A stretch of DNA of 61,887 nt, the filler included. It is 12 parts of 12 records of this genome, joined end to end, with 100 filler letters (N's around TTAATTAATTAA, not from the genome) between each part and the next. Parts side by side here need not be neighbours in the genome. Positions count along the whole stretch, not along the records: positions 21,898 to 25,151 come from SRR7504441_1371; positions 25,252 to 31,827 come from SRR7504441_1374; positions 31,928 to 35,434 come from SRR7504441_1378; positions 35,535 to 40,807 come from SRR7504441_1379; 8 more parts are not named here. One strand, given 5' to 3'. The position numbers were made by a program, and so were the translations under genes. The number at the start of each line of letters is the position of its first letter. Position 1 is the stretch's first letter. Below are positions 21,898-35,577 of this stretch, piece after piece. Below the pieces are notes generated by a model. It was given only the letters and a program-made list of their open reading frames with translations, was not told the DNA's origin and made no database searches.

Positions 21898-23439
21898 CTG
21901 CCTCTGCAACTCTGCCAACTGCCTTCTCAGCTCATCTATCTCCTCATCCTTGCGCCTCCCAGCCCCAAAGGCATCTTCCAGCTGCCTGCGTGCTCTCGCT
22001 AGATCATCACTAGTCCGCAGCACCTCATCATTGGCTGTAACGAGCTGGAACTTAGTTTGCTCCAGCTCATTATTCTTGGCCTTGAGGTCGTCCATCGCCT
22101 GGGCCAGCTGACGTTTCAGTACCTCAAGCTCATCAAGCGCAACTTGATTGGCTAACTCCCTTTGAAGCTCCTGCAGCTGCCGTTTCAGCGCTTCAAGCTC
22201 GTCATCTTTAAGCCTTGATCTAACTACTGCCTCGTCAAATTGCTTCTGAAGCTCGGCAAACCCTAGGTCTTTCTGCCTACTCCCTTCGATCACTTCAGCG
22301 AGCTGCCGCCTCAGCATCTCTGCATCAAGTTCATGATTAGCAGTTGGTCTCAGCCTTGCTATCTCAGCCTTCAAGTTTTCGATTTCGATCAGCTGGTTCC
22401 GCAGCTGTTGTGATTGAGCGTCAAGCTGTTTCCCGGCTGCCTCCAGCTGCTGGCCTTGTAATGCAAAATCCTCATCGGTCACCACCACTCGCTGTGCAGA
22501 TGCATCCAGTGCTACCTGTGTTGCTTGCAGATCCCGGTGCTGGGCTTGGCAAGTCCTTGACTGCTCCTCAAAATGACGCTGCGAGTCCTCCAGCTGAATT
22601 CGGAGCTGCGAGAGCTCCGCAAGCTGTGCTGCCAGCTCATCGTCCTTGCCTCGTGAGCTCCTGGCCACCAGCTCGTGTTGCTCTTGGTGCCGCATCGCTT
22701 CATGTTGTGCTGCTGCTAACGCAGCTCGCAACTGATTCGCCTCAGCTTCGAGACCCTGGGCGCGCTGCTCGCTCGCTCTCTGAAGCTGATAAAAAGCATC
22801 ATCTTGTTTTGTACTCTTTGCGTGCAGTCTAGCGTTCTCTGCCTGCATCCGTTCGCACCGAGCTTGGAGCTGCTTGAGCTCCCACACAGGTATGGAGCCG
22901 CTTGGTTCTCTGTTGAAATGAGGCAGCCCCACGCTGGCTTGCCAGTCCCGAAATCCAAGCTCTAGCTGATGAGCTCGCCTGAGCTGTGCCATCTTGGCGA
23001 AGGTGTTTGCAGCATCCGTCTTGGAGCGAGTCAGCTGCATCTCCAGGTCGTGTTGCAACTTGCGTTCCTCCTGCGTTCCGGTCACGGAACGCCGGAGTAG
23101 CTCCGCCATCTTGGCCTCGTCTGCATTCCTCCTTAGTGCGGCCTGGCTGCGACTCTCTCGCTCAGCACGCTCTCGTGCAGCAAGCAGCTCCGCCTTTGCG
23201 GCACTGTCCTCGGCTTGCTCCACGCCGCTCGATTTGCTGCGCAGCCCGCTTCGCGAAGGCGGGCGCCCTACAGGTGTGTAGAATCTCTCCGGCGTGGCAT
23301 AGCTCGGGCTCCGCCAGCCGGTCAAGAGCTGATCCGGCCGGGGGAGCCGCGGGCGGTCTGCCGGGGACGCCAACCGGAGGGCCTCTGTGGTCAGGGCGGC
23401 CATCGCCTTGGGGTTGGGGGTGTGCGGGCTCCCGTTCAT
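21898..23439 (-). CDS. Long coiled-coil protein, 3' truncated
   Basis: Heptad-rich E/Q/L/R sequence with recurring KDDELEALKRQL-like units. Confidence 0.75.
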
Positions 23440-23519
23440 CCTACCATCCTAGGAGAGCCTGCGTGCGTGGCGTGGCGCTTTTACCGGCTGATGAACGACC
23501 TTCTGCCAGACTTGGAGCG

Positions 23520-24842
23520 ATGTCCGGGGACGGGCTGCCCCCGGTGGGCACAGAGGACGTCTTCATCACCAGGTTGCGCAAGCCCGAATCACGTGGTGCT
23601 GTCTCAGCTCGGGTCTCCCTGCGGCTGCGGCTGCGCTCTGACTCGGGACCCCTGGCAGCGACCAGCCGAAGTGGATAGGCTGCGCTCTTCTGTCGGCAGG
23701 GCGTTGCAGAAGTTGGAGGCAGCTGCTGGGGAGGGCTGCGGTTGGGAGGCGACCGCCGAGATTATGGATCGATGTGTACAGCTGGCCGGACCGTACAGGG
23801 GGGTCCTAAGCACCATCAAGGCCGGGCTGGATCGGGCTGTAGACCAGTTACAGCGCAGGTAATCCTGCCAGACGTGGGCACGGCTGATCTGAGTATCAGG
23901 GTGTCGCAAGTCGACAGCCTCAAGTGTCAATTGCACACACTGCCGGGGATCAGGGCCCGACAGCTCAAGCAGATCGAGCTCGAATGCAAGCAGGTGTGGC
24001 AATGGACTTTGCTGCCCACCTGCGTGACCGCTGTCATAGGCCGGGGAGGAACTGGAGGCGGCAAAGACCGCACCTGGTGGCGTGAGTTGGGCGGAAAAGT
24101 TGGCGGAGGCTATGAAGAGCCGACAGGCACACAAAGACCAACGAAAAGCACTCACCGAGGATATTGCAAAGATTCAGGCAATATTTGATCGGGAGGAGCA
24201 CGAGCTGAAGACAAAGCGAATACTCTTCACTCAGGTCTTTCGATTAGAGCCCGCTTTATGCGACCACAATTTACGGCAGATGGAGGGTTCATCGGAGCGG
24301 ATGGCTGTCCGTGACAAACGAAACCAGCAACTTGAAGCTATCCGAAATGCAAGACCAAGCGTGGCCAACTGGCTAAAGCTCTGGCAGGTGCAGCGAGATT
24401 TGATGCTCAACCAGGCCGAAGCCAAGCGGCTCACTAAGGCTCTGCAAAGCCGTACGGAAACGCTGAAAGAGCTCGATGAGAAGCTCACGGTGAACAAATC
24501 CCTAACTCAGAACTCACCTGGTGCTTCGGTCAGGTGCTCGAGCCGAAACACGCCATACTATCCCGTGAGCTGACCAAGTTGCTCCGCGCTAAGACAATGC
24601 ACCGATTGGTCAACTACTCGAGCCAAAGCCACGTTCGCTGGGCACTCAGGGACTGGATGGCCAATTGCCAAGCATTTGCATTAGCTCGGGAAAACCAGAT
24701 GCTCAGCAAGGGGATGCGCCGGCGCGGCTCGATAAGCGACCGGCAAGGGCCGTCGGTGGATGCCTGGACCAAGGCCCGGAGGCGGTCACAGTTATATAAT
24801 AAGAGCAGGCGATCATCCATAGCAAGTGTGCAGCAACCATGA
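23520..24842 (+). CDS. Coiled-coil hypothetical protein (spliced)
   Basis: Chain of ORFs linked by short introns; GPYRGVLSTIK is weakly reminiscent of the TSNAXIP1 N-terminal domain. Confidence 0.5.
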
Positions 24843-25151
24843 TCAGCACACTGCCTCCAAGTCGCGGCTGATTCCACAGCTGCATCGGTTGGAGCATCAG
24901 TTGGTGCATCAGTTGGAGCAGTCGAGCTGTCTGAGCCTTTCGAGCAGAAGGCATAGTCCTTGTATGCTGCACCAGTAGGCTCCGATTGATCGTTGAGGCT
25001 GCACTTAAGCTCAGTTCGCAAGGCCACCATTGCCGTTCCAGTGTTGAGGTGGCAAGCACTCTAGCTGTCGCATGGGTCCGGAGTAGGTTCCAAACCAGGT
25101 GCCGTATGAGCCATAAGCAGTGGTGAGCCAGGGGCACCACTTACCCCTTGA

Positions 25152-25251
25152 NNNNNNNNNNNNNNNNNNNNNNNNNNNNNNNNNNNNNNNNNNNNTTAAT
25201 TAATTAANNNNNNNNNNNNNNNNNNNNNNNNNNNNNNNNNNNNNNNNNNNN
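25152..25251. other. Artificial contig spacer
   Basis: N44-TTAATTAATTAA-N44. Confidence 0.99.
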
Positions 25252-25475
25252 GCGTCTCCTACCCGGTACGCCGCCCCCCCCGGCCCTGCTTCGCCCTCGT
25301 TGCGAGCTGCCCCATACCTTGAAGCACCGTAGCCCCCCTCACTCCCCGGTCCCCCGGCCGATTACAGTATTATCGATTGTGTTTATCTAAAGCCGTGCTA
25401 GCATCTGTACGCACGGAACATAATTATAACCGCTACATGTAAATAAGAATTGGTAGTTAATTAGAGAGACCAGAC

Positions 25476-28400
25476 TTAGGAGAGCGGTTTGCTCGGTACG
25501 GGCTTGTGAGTGCAGCTCATATGCAACCTGGCGTTGCTGTCGTCGCAACTCAACACCGGCATCCACAGATCTGACACACTAGAAGTCGAAATCGAGGACA
25601 TGTGTACCTGCACGTGCCCAATGTAATCGTCGCCCATCACACTCTTCTCGTACAGCTTGGCTGTGAGCCATTCACACCCTGGAGTCACTGCTATTGAAAT
25701 CTCCTCCTCACCAAACCCTCGACTGCGCACAACCCGTCCCCCGCACTCAAGGAGAGCGTACGGCCGGATTGGGTCCCTCGCCACCCCTCGGATGGCCTTG
25801 ATTTGGACCTGCACGTACCCATGCTTTGGCGACTCTAGATCACTGACAGCCGGCAACTTTGGCTTGAGCTGTTCGTGGACCTTGGCAAGAGGCACGCCGC
25901 TGTCGTCATTCCACTCAGGTCCAGCGGCTTGCGGCCGTCGCTCGTACAGTCCTCGCATTGCGCTCCACTTATATGGCCGGTTTTGCGGCACAAGCATGGC
26001 CTCTTCCCACTCGGCAATTGCCTGACTACGTGCCGCCGTCGCCCCGCGCAGCCGAGCAGCCCGCTCCGGCGACTCGGATCGGTATTTGGCACCACACATG
26101 ACTAGGTCGTCCGCGGCCTCTGGTGGGAGGAGCTTGCGCCATGGGTTGGAAGACATGATTGAAATAAACCCCTCAAAGTCAACACAGCCGTCCATGCCGT
26201 GCTTGCCGATCGCGCTGTCCAGCACGTTGACATCGTTGTCCAGCTGATGGAACAGCTCGTCCGACTTGGTGCCCTCCTTGGTGGCCACCTGCACCACCCA
26301 GACTCGCACTGCCAGCAGTTGCGCTATACCTTGCGCAGCAGGTGCAACAACTCAGCCCGTGAAAGCACACCATTAGAGTCGAGGTCAGTCTCAGTGAAAA
26401 GTTGGTGGGCTGCCCTCAAGAAATGGCTTGCAGTGGACGGCTCAGCCTTTTGTGACTTTGCCAAGAGTTTCCGGTTCTCCTTGATTCGAGCGAAGTGCAG
26501 CGTGTTCCGGGCGCCTTCAGGCAGCATATCGGTCCACGGCTTGGTCGCAAGCATCCGCGAAAACTCATCAAAGCTGAGCTTGCTATCACCGTCGCTGTCA
26601 AATTTGCGAATGGCGTCCTTTACGTAAGCGATCATGTCGATTCGGGTCTCGGCGTTCAGTTGCGAGCCCTGCAGAGTCTCAAGCTCCAGCCAGCATCGAG
26701 CAGGAAAGCACCTTGGGCATAATGCGCTGCAGCCGTTTGATGAGTAGGAGTAGCTCCTCTGCATCAAGGTTCCCATTCTTGTCTGTGTCGGCCTCCCTGA
26801 AAAGCGCACGAGCCGCAGCATAAACCTCCTTGGTGGGCGAGACTGTACGGTCCTCCAACGGCTCTGCACTCAGAGAGGTGCCATGGAGCTTGAGGTCATC
26901 CAGAATGGATTTGTCGTGCAACAGATCGGCAAAGGGCTTGCAGCCGAGGCACTGGAGGAATTCCTCGAGAGAAAGGATGTATCCATCAGCAGAGAACTTG
27001 TCCAAGGCCATCTCGGCCAGGTTCGAGCAGTCGGTCAGACAGAGTTCTCCGTTGAGCGTAGTTGCGACACCTGGCGGCACAATCAGGCCTGAGCAGCGCC
27101 GCATCGCGCACTGTGGAGTGCATCGGCAATCTCATCTTTGTCCAAGCCACCAGAATGCTCGCGATCCACCTCAGCAAAGACCTGTCAGTCAACATTCCTC
27201 TCAGCCAACTCCTGTGCGGCTATTCAACTCACTCCACTGATCTGTGCCAGGACGGCTTCTGTCCTACCCAACTCGGGGGCATCCGATTCCTCATCGTCTG
27301 CCCGCTGGTTGACATAGTGTACCCGCTTGAGCACAAAATGCATCTTGTCCTGCGCTTCCTCAGGAAGGAGAGCTTTCCACGGATCAGCGCTCAGCAAACG
27401 GACAAAGTCGCCGAAAGTAAGCGAGCCGTCCTTAGCGGTGGAGAACTGTTCGATGCTTGGTCCCACACTGGTCGCTAGCTCAAGCCGTTCCCTAGACGAG
27501 ATTGGCCGGTCGAGCAACTGAGAAAGCTTGGGCAGGATGTGCACGAGCTCTCCGCCATCGACCACGCCATCGCCGTCGTTGTCTGCCTCATCGAACAGTT
27601 TTCGGACCAGAGTGAAGGTGGTCTTCACAACGGAGCGCTCAATGCCAGTTCCACGAGCCGGTATCATATCAGAGATCTCTGCACGCTTCTTCTGGCTCAA
27701 TAGTGTCATCTGATCTTGAATGTTTGCAGGCAGCAGCTGTACCCAAGGCTTGCTGCCAAGAACTTGGACAAGCTCTTCAAAGCTCAGTGTGGTGCCATCA
27801 GAGGAGTGCTTGTTGATTGCCACGTTCGCGTGCCGGTGCAGGTTTAGCACAGAAGTGACCGAGTCACCACCACCAAGAATCTCAGACAGCTTATTGGCTA
27901 GGAACACCAACTCGGATCGGTCAATCAGACCAGAACCATCGGTGTCGACATCTTCGAAAATCTGCATGGCAAGAGTCATGGCCTGCTCAGCCCCGACAAC
28001 AGATTCTGCCTCTATCTCTTCCTCCGTCTCTGCAGGCATAGCCGCATTGCCCTGCTTGAGAGCTGCAAACCTGAGCTGGCTCTGCATCTCTACCGGAAGC
28101 ACATCGGACCACGGTGGCATAGCCAACAGCCGCATGAACTGCTCAAAATTCAGCGCGTCACTGCCCTCACCCAGCTTCTCAACTTTCTTGTGGACATCCT
28201 CGCACAGACGCACTCTCACATCCCCAGTGAGCTTAGACCCACTCTGCTTGTATAGCGTCTGGATAAGGATAGCCAGCTCCTCGCCATCCAGCAGGCCACT
28301 TTGATCGATATCAGCATCGTTGAACAGCTTGCGGGCCATGGTCGAGACTTGCCTTGCTGGCGAGCGCGCCGGGGAATCTGGCCTCTCCTGCTGCTCAGTG

Positions 28401-31400
28401 TATTCTTGCCTGGCTTTCAGGATCACTGCATCCTTGTCAGTATTGCGTCTAGGCGGCAGCAGCCTATCCCATGGCTTGGTGCACATCATTGCAGATAGGT
28501 CGCCAAACGAGATCAGTTTGGCTCCGCTCTTTTCGTCTTTGGCGCTCCCGAATTTGACCAGCGCAGCACGGGCCATCTGATTCAGGTTGCCAGGTAGCTG
28601 CATCCCGCAGTCTGTCTCAAGCCGCCTGATCAATACCACCAGTTCGCACTCGTCAATCAGTCCGGAGTTGTCCGTGTCCACGTCAGCAAACAGCTGCTGC
28701 AGGTTGTCCGAGTATACATCTGCCTCCAGCTGCTGCTGCTCTGCAGTGGTCACTTGCAGGCTTTTCATCGACTTGAGTACCAAGAAGTGCAGCTGACTCC
28801 GCACATCTTCAGGCAACATGTCGCGCCATGGCGGAACCTGGACCAACCGAAGGAACTGTTCGAAAGAGAGCCTCCCAGTGCCCTTTTCATCAAATTTTTC
28901 CATCGAGTGGCGTACCTGCTCGACCATACGGGCTCTGATGTCTCCTGGCATCGGACCATCAGGTCCGTTCTCCTTCCAGAGCTTCTCCAACAGACGGGCA
29001 AGCTCGTCCTCCTCCAGGCAGCCGCTTTGGTTGGAATCGGCTTCATTGAATAGCTTGCGAATCGTGGCGAGAAGCTGCCGCCTCGGATCGATTGCCGACT
29101 TGTCAGCCTCTGAATGCCTTGGGCTCGATCTCGGGCTCTCAGCCCGAGACTCCGCACCCAGCATCACCATCGCGTCGCGTTGGTTCTCCGGCAGCAGACC
29201 GCGGAAAGGCTGTTTAGCAACCACCATCAGGAACTGATCGAAATTGAGCGTCTGCTGATCCTCTGACAGCCGCTCGATTGCATTGCGCGCATGCCTCTTG
29301 ATGTCAGCACTGTCCACAAACTCTGAAGCACTCGGCCGGATGCCAGCAGATCGCTGCAGCTGCCCAAGCATCTCTGCAAGCTCAACCTCCGTGACCAGCC
29401 CAGACTTGTCTGAGTCGGCCATTGCAAACAAAGCCCTCATCGTCCTCAGAGCTGCCTCACGCTGCATGCTCTCAGGACTCTCGCCAGTTGGGTTTGCCTC
29501 AGTCTTGCTGGCCCGCAGAATGAGAAAGGCCATGGAGTCCCTCAGGTGCGGTGCGAGCAGATCCCTCCACGGTTCGAGCATCAACAGCCTCATGAACTGA
29601 GCCAGGTCAAGCCCATTAGCGTCCATCTCGGCCACTTGCTTGCGTAGATTCTCCACCAGCCCAAACCTCACCTTGTTGTCAAGTTTCTTCCCAGCTGCCG
29701 CGTGCAACGAGGTGATCAAGTCCGCCAGCTCATCAGCCTCGAGCCGACCGGAGCTGTCCTTATCTGCGCTGTCAAACATCTCCTTCACCTCCCTAAAGTA
29801 TGCCTGTGCATCTGACGGATCCGGCCGGGTACGCCGGGGCGACTTGACGGCCCGGATCTCACCGGCCTTGAGCACGAGGTCGTCCTTCATGTGCTTGCCA
29901 AACAGGGCAAGGAACGGCTTCTTGGCCATCATGTTGATGAACTGATCAAGTGCAAGCAGCCCATCGCCGCCGTAGCTCTCCATGGCCGACTTGGCCGTCC
30001 TGTGCAGCTCGTCGGGTCCAAGCTCGCCCTCGGCCTTCTCAGGCTGCTGGGCCATCAGCTTTCGCAGGCACGACAGAAGCTCGGTTTCGTCGACATACCT
30101 GTCACACAATCACTCACTCGCCCCCACGCTCCTTTGCCGCGTCACCCGGACTGGTCGGCGTCTGACTCGTTGAACAGCCGCTCGAGCTCAGTCAGCTCCG
30201 GGTTGGGCTCCGGTTGGTGCGGCTGCTGTAGCTCAGGCATCTCCCGTTTACCCACTAGAAAGTGCAGTCCGTTCCGAGCCTGAGAGCCAGTCAGCAGCTG
30301 GTGCAGCCACTGGCCACCTCCTCGGGGACGTACTGACGCCACGGATCCATGCAGCACATCCGAACAAACTGCTTGAAAGTGAGCCCGTCGCCCTGACCCT
30401 CGTCTGCCAGAATCCTCATCGACATTGAAATCCGCTCGATCATTCCTGCACGGTCGCCCATGCTCAACGGCCTCTTTGAGAACTCGGCCAGCTCTTGGAT
30501 CATATTGGCCATCTCATTCACATCCACGCACCCGTTGCTGTCCTTGTCCGCCTGCAGCCGGCTCGGTTGGTACCAGCCAGCTCAGCCGGTGGCACCGAGG
30601 TAAACATGTTCTTAATCATCCGATACACATCCTTACCGCTCAGCGCTGACACCAAGTGCACCTTGCGCTTCCGGCCCGACTGCTCAGATTCATCCGCGTG
30701 CACTGACCGGGCGTGCATCTGCAGATGATCCCTCGCCTGCGCAGCACTCGCCCGAGAGACGGCGGCGGCAGCACACCTCTTTTGGCATGAGCTTGACAAA
30801 AGGCTGGGAGCCCATCAGCTGCACGAACTCGCTGAAAGTGAGCGAGTCGCCCCGCTGCGAGAACTTGGCCAACGCCTCCTTGGTCTGCCGGCCAGTCACT
30901 TGGCTGGCGGCCACGCGGCAGCGCCTTGGCGGTGAGGCTGTGAGGCGAATCGTCCTGGTTCTTTGTCTTCTCGGCCAGCTTGGTCAGCATCACAAACAGC
31001 TCGTCCTCGCCGATCTCACCGCTCCCGTCGGTGTCCACCTCATCAAACAGCTGCTCCAGCTGCCCCCAATTCAGCCCAGCCCAGCCCCAGTGCACCTCCT
31101 GCACGCAAGAGTCGCCAGCCGCGGCGGCAGTGGTCTGAGCCATGTCCTTTTTGAGCGCAAAGTGCAGGCCGGAGCGCATGTCCCGCGGGATCATCTCGCG
31201 CCACGGGTTGACGTTGAGCATCATAATGAACTCCTTAAAGTCCAGCACGCCGTCCTCGTTCTCGTCGAACCGTGCCATCGTGGTCTTTACCTGCCGCCGG
31301 CTCACGCCCGGCCGACCCGGGTCCGGGGCCTCTTGCTCCAGGCTGTTCCGCATGGCGGATGGGAGTTGCTGCTCCAGCTCGGCAAACACTTTGCGCACGA

Positions 31401-31695
31401 TCTTCGAGAGCTCGGCGGTGTCGAGCACACCGTTGCCATCCTTGTCATGCTCCGAGAAGAGCTCCTTCGCGTACTGATACAGCTCGCCACCCGGGTCCTT
31501 CGTGTCCTCCGACCGGCCCTTGGACCGCGGGCTCTCCTTGAGTCTGGTCCGGCCCGACTGTGCCTCGCTCGGCCGCAGCAAGCGCCGGCCGGGCACCCGG
31601 GGGGATCCGAGTTTGCCGCCGGTGTTTCGCCGCTTGGCCGAATAGTCGAGCAGGTCGTCCCGCGCAGCAGTGTTACCGCTCGGCATCCGCGGCAT
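25476..31695 (-). CDS. Very large multi-EF-hand protein (about 14 EF-hand-pair modules) with C-terminal C2-like domain
   Basis: Repeated LF..xDxDxSG.(L/V)DxxEL loops, each followed by F.(E/Q)F..L...P(W/F)..LLP; C-terminal PYALLECGG...LYEKSVMGDDYIG. Confidence 0.85.
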
Positions 31696-31827
31696 CGTAG
31701 AGCTGCCCCCAACCAGCTCAGCTAGGTTACCCCGTCCCGAGGCACCGCGTCGAAGTCAGTTACGGCCCGAGTTCGGTAGTTCGGTTGCTTGGAATGCAAA
31801 CTGCGGCCGGGCACTCCTTTGAAGATC

Positions 31828-31927
31828 NNNNNNNNNNNNNNNNNNNNNNNNNNNNNNNNNNNNNNNNNNNNTTAATTAATTAANNNNNNNNNNNNNNNNN
31901 NNNNNNNNNNNNNNNNNNNNNNNNNNN
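31828..31927. other. Artificial contig spacer
   Basis: N44-TTAATTAATTAA-N44. Confidence 0.99.
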
Positions 31928-34900
31928 AGGGGCACATGTAATGCGGCAACTTTTCCTTACATGCCATTATGCATGAAGCTTCAACGGTCTCGGCAGCCCC
32001 AGCGGCAACCACGTAAAGAATGAGTCGACTTTGCTGAACAACTGCAATGGCAGCAGCAATATCTTGATGCTCTTGAGCTACAGCTTCTACCTCGCTGAGC
32101 TCGACCCGGAAGCCATTCAGCTTCACCTGGAAATCCTTTCTTCCCAGGAATTCGATTTCAAAAGTGCCTGCCAGACAAGGTAAGAACAAAAGTCACATGC
32201 CAGCAGCTCACCCTGGCAGCCCTCTGATCCGAACTCAATCCCTCCGATGGGTCTCCAGCGGCCAAGGTCTCCGGTCAGGTACATCTTCCCGCCAGGCACA
32301 TTCTTAAATTGGGCAGCTGTCTTGCTAGAATCCTCCCAGTAACCAAGAGCAACACCGACACCGCCGATTCCAATCTCTCCAGTCACCCACGCTGGGCACT
32401 CGTCAAGAAACGCGTCCAGCACATGCATGCTTTGGTTCCACATTGCATGTCCATAAGGTATTGTTGGCCAGTCCGGCAGAAGAGCTGGATCTTCCATGTC
32501 GTAAACAATGGACCAAACAGAACCTTCTGTCGCGCCCCCCATCGACACCTGATGAACTTTGGGCAGGAGATCTTGAAGCCGTTGGGGTAAAGACCGTGGA
32601 ATTGCATCGCCACTCATGAGAATATACTCCAAACTTTCACAGCGTGGTATTGCTCCAGTATTTAGAGCCAAATATTCAAATAGCATCTCAACCATCTGAG
32701 GTACAGAGTTCCAATGAGTCACTACAAAAGAAGCGATGTATTCTGTCAAAGCAGAAGGTTCGAGAATCGCACTGCTGGTTGGCAAAACTAAAGTAGCTCC
32801 AGCTGCAAGCGTGCCAAAGATGTCGTAGACTGACAGGTCGAAGGTCAAATCTGCTAGTCCTAGGATGGAGCTGCTCATGCTTACATTGTACCGAAGGTTG
32901 CAGTCGATGCATGTGTTGAGCGGTCCAGTGTGGTTCATAGTCACCCCTTTAGGCACCCCTGTCGATCCCGATGTGAATATCACATATGCCACATCCTCGT
33001 GCCTAGGAGGATGTTGTGGTATTGATTCGGCCCATCGACTGCTAGGACACGCTGCGGTCACAATCTGTGAACTGTCGATCGACATGACCTCAACATGTTG
33101 CCAATCCAAGGTTCCGAACTGGGGTTGAGTTAAGGCAAGCTGTGTTCCTCCGAGGGCCATGACCTTGATGATTCGCTTGATAGGATATGCCGCAGAAATG
33201 GGAAGGTATGCACAACCTGAGAGTTGGATTGCCAGAACTGCAACTACCTGCTGCCAGGACTTCTCCATGACCACTCCAATGAGCTTTGTGACTCCAGTAT
33301 CAACCTCAGAGGTGTCGTAAGAGGAGTGCATCCTACTGATCAGAGAGTCTGCAACGCTCAGTGCGAGAGACCCTATTTGCTGGTAGGTAAGTTGCTCAGT
33401 TTCGGCAACCGGTCCAGATATGACTGCTGTGCATGATGGATGAGACTGAGCTGTTCGTAAAAAGGGCTCAAATAGCCATCCTGTCGGCACTGGTACCCCC
33501 TGGTCTATGTTGGATGGGCACAACTCTTTGGAACGAAGCTTGACTTCTTCTCTGGACCAGTCTGCATCGGCAATAAGCCATTGCATAGTCTTGTCGTGAA
33601 TATGCATCATTATCGATGCCATTTTCTCATCAACGATACCACTGGCAATCAGATATGTGAGAACGCTTGAGTTTGAATCCTTGAGCTGCAACCAGGCGTC
33701 CATCAGAATGTGCGATGTCTGGGACGCTGAATAGACTAGTTTGGCGGGTTGAGGTTGCATGATTCCGGGAGCCTGGACAGCAAACTGCAAAGTCGGGTCC
33801 TCGTTGCGGCTTTTGAGTGCGGCAAGAAAGTCCATAGGATCGTACCACATGTGCTCAATATCAGAGAAAAGCTGTGCATTCAGTCGCTTCAAAAATGATG
33901 CCCACGTATCATCGGACCTCAGATCGACCTCCAAAAGCGAAAAGCGACGAAACGCAGGACCCAGGGGCCAGGCCAGGCCGTTGATTCTCGGTGGTGTCCA
34001 ATTCGTTAGCATCCCCAGGGTGTAATGGCTGTTTTCTGCGTACTTCGCCACAACCACAGCATAAACGCCAACAAAAAATGTTACTTGCGAAACTCCAAAT
34101 TTTCTGCAGCACCTGTCTAGATCTGAGGTTGAGAAAGAACATGCTCTTGTCAACGTGGAAATGTGGTAGTCAGAAAGTCCAGGCTTCCGTACAAGTGGAA
34201 TGACTGGAGCAGCAGGCAGCGTGCCAAGACGGTGTAGCCAATATTCCTGTGAAGCTACATAGTCTTCTGTTCCTTGAAGCATGGCCATGTACCGTGTGTA
34301 GTCTGAAGGGGAGATGCGAGATGATACTGCCGGTGGCTTGCCCTGATGTGCAACGGCAGAAAACAGCTCCAACATCAAATATGGAACAGCGAGCGCATAT
34401 GGAAATGTCACAGAGACAATCGAAGGGCGATTTCCAAGCTGATGAATACACACATCGACGAGTGGAAACGCACTAGTCGAAATAGCATCTGCGGTAGACT
34501 CTTGACGAGCTCGAAATTCCTTAAAGTAGGTGCTGAGCTCGAGTTTCGGAGGAACAGTAACTATGCGTGGATGATAGCGGGCTACAGGAGCAGAATTAGT
34601 TGGTAAGGTTCTCCAAAAGACTTTTCCAGACGGCCCAGCTACAAGAAGGGTGCGGAGGACTGGACATTCTTCGATTGCTTTGCGGAGCCCACGTACAAAA
34701 TTTGCTTCGTCTACACACTCGATCTCAAAGTAGTAGCGCGGATTCCTGCCATCTAAACCTGTTACGAGCTGCTCTCCCAGCGTGTATGAGTACTGGATGG
34801 GAGTCAGTGGCCAAAGCTCGTCAACTGCAGAGTCACAAAAGTCGTCGAGCCGTGGCAAGTCAGCTAACGGCCCCAAGACCCAGCTCACTGGCTCGGCCTC

Positions 34901-35434
34901 AAGCTTCAATGGCTCCTGCAGAGGAAATGCCGACAGTATCGACTGAGGTTGGCGAGAACTGTGTGAGGCGAAGTAATTCCAATCCAGTGACACTGCTGCA
35001 ACAACGCCCGCGTGCTTAGCTGATAGCACACATTCTAGTGCACATAAACCCTCGTCTTCGCCAAAGGCGACAACTCCTTCCAAGTTCTCATGTGCATTTG
35101 TATTTGTCCAAGAGCCCCACTGAATAGACAATCCTACTTGGCCTTGAGTAGTCCGCCGGTTTACGATTGCGTCTATCCACGCATTGGCTGCATTGTGAAG
35201 TGCATGCTGACCGCCGAAGAGTGCACTGATTGAGGTAAACACAACAAACTCATTTACCTTGGTCCCTTGCGCTGACAAGTGCAGATCCCAGTACGAGGAG
35301 GCACTTTGAGCCCAAATGTCAACCAATCTGTGCTGATGCGAGGATTCGCATAAGTCTGTACTGCCAGGATTTGCTATATACACCAAACCAAAAGACTCTT
35401 GCCCCTGTTGTTGCGTGGAAGCGTCATTCTCTCG
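31928..35434 (-). CDS. Hybrid PKS/NRPS fragment: KR-like, heterocyclization (Cy)-like and adenylation domains
   Basis: KR: FVVFTSISALFG...AANAWIDA...SIQWGSW. Cy: PLTPIQYSY and SQTSHILMD. A: AYVIFTSGSTGVPKG, FDLSVYD, GGATEGSVWS, YLTGDLGR, GRKDFQVK and LPHYMCP. 44-nt intron at 32168-32211. Truncated at both ends. Confidence 0.9.
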
Positions 35435-35534
35435 NNNNNNNNNNNNNNNNNNNNNNNNNNNNNNNNNNNNNNNNNNNNTTAATTAATTAANNNNNNNNNN
35501 NNNNNNNNNNNNNNNNNNNNNNNNNNNNNNNNNN
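35435..35534. other. Artificial contig spacer
   Basis: N44-TTAATTAATTAA-N44. Confidence 0.99.
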
Positions 35535-35577
35535 CAGTCTCCGACTAGCCGACTCCATGACCGACCCCTCGGGTGAA

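Noticed and set aside
31928-35434. Bacterial contaminant contig
   Set aside because: A 44-nt GT-AG intron is required to restore the A-domain frame, matching the host intron style.
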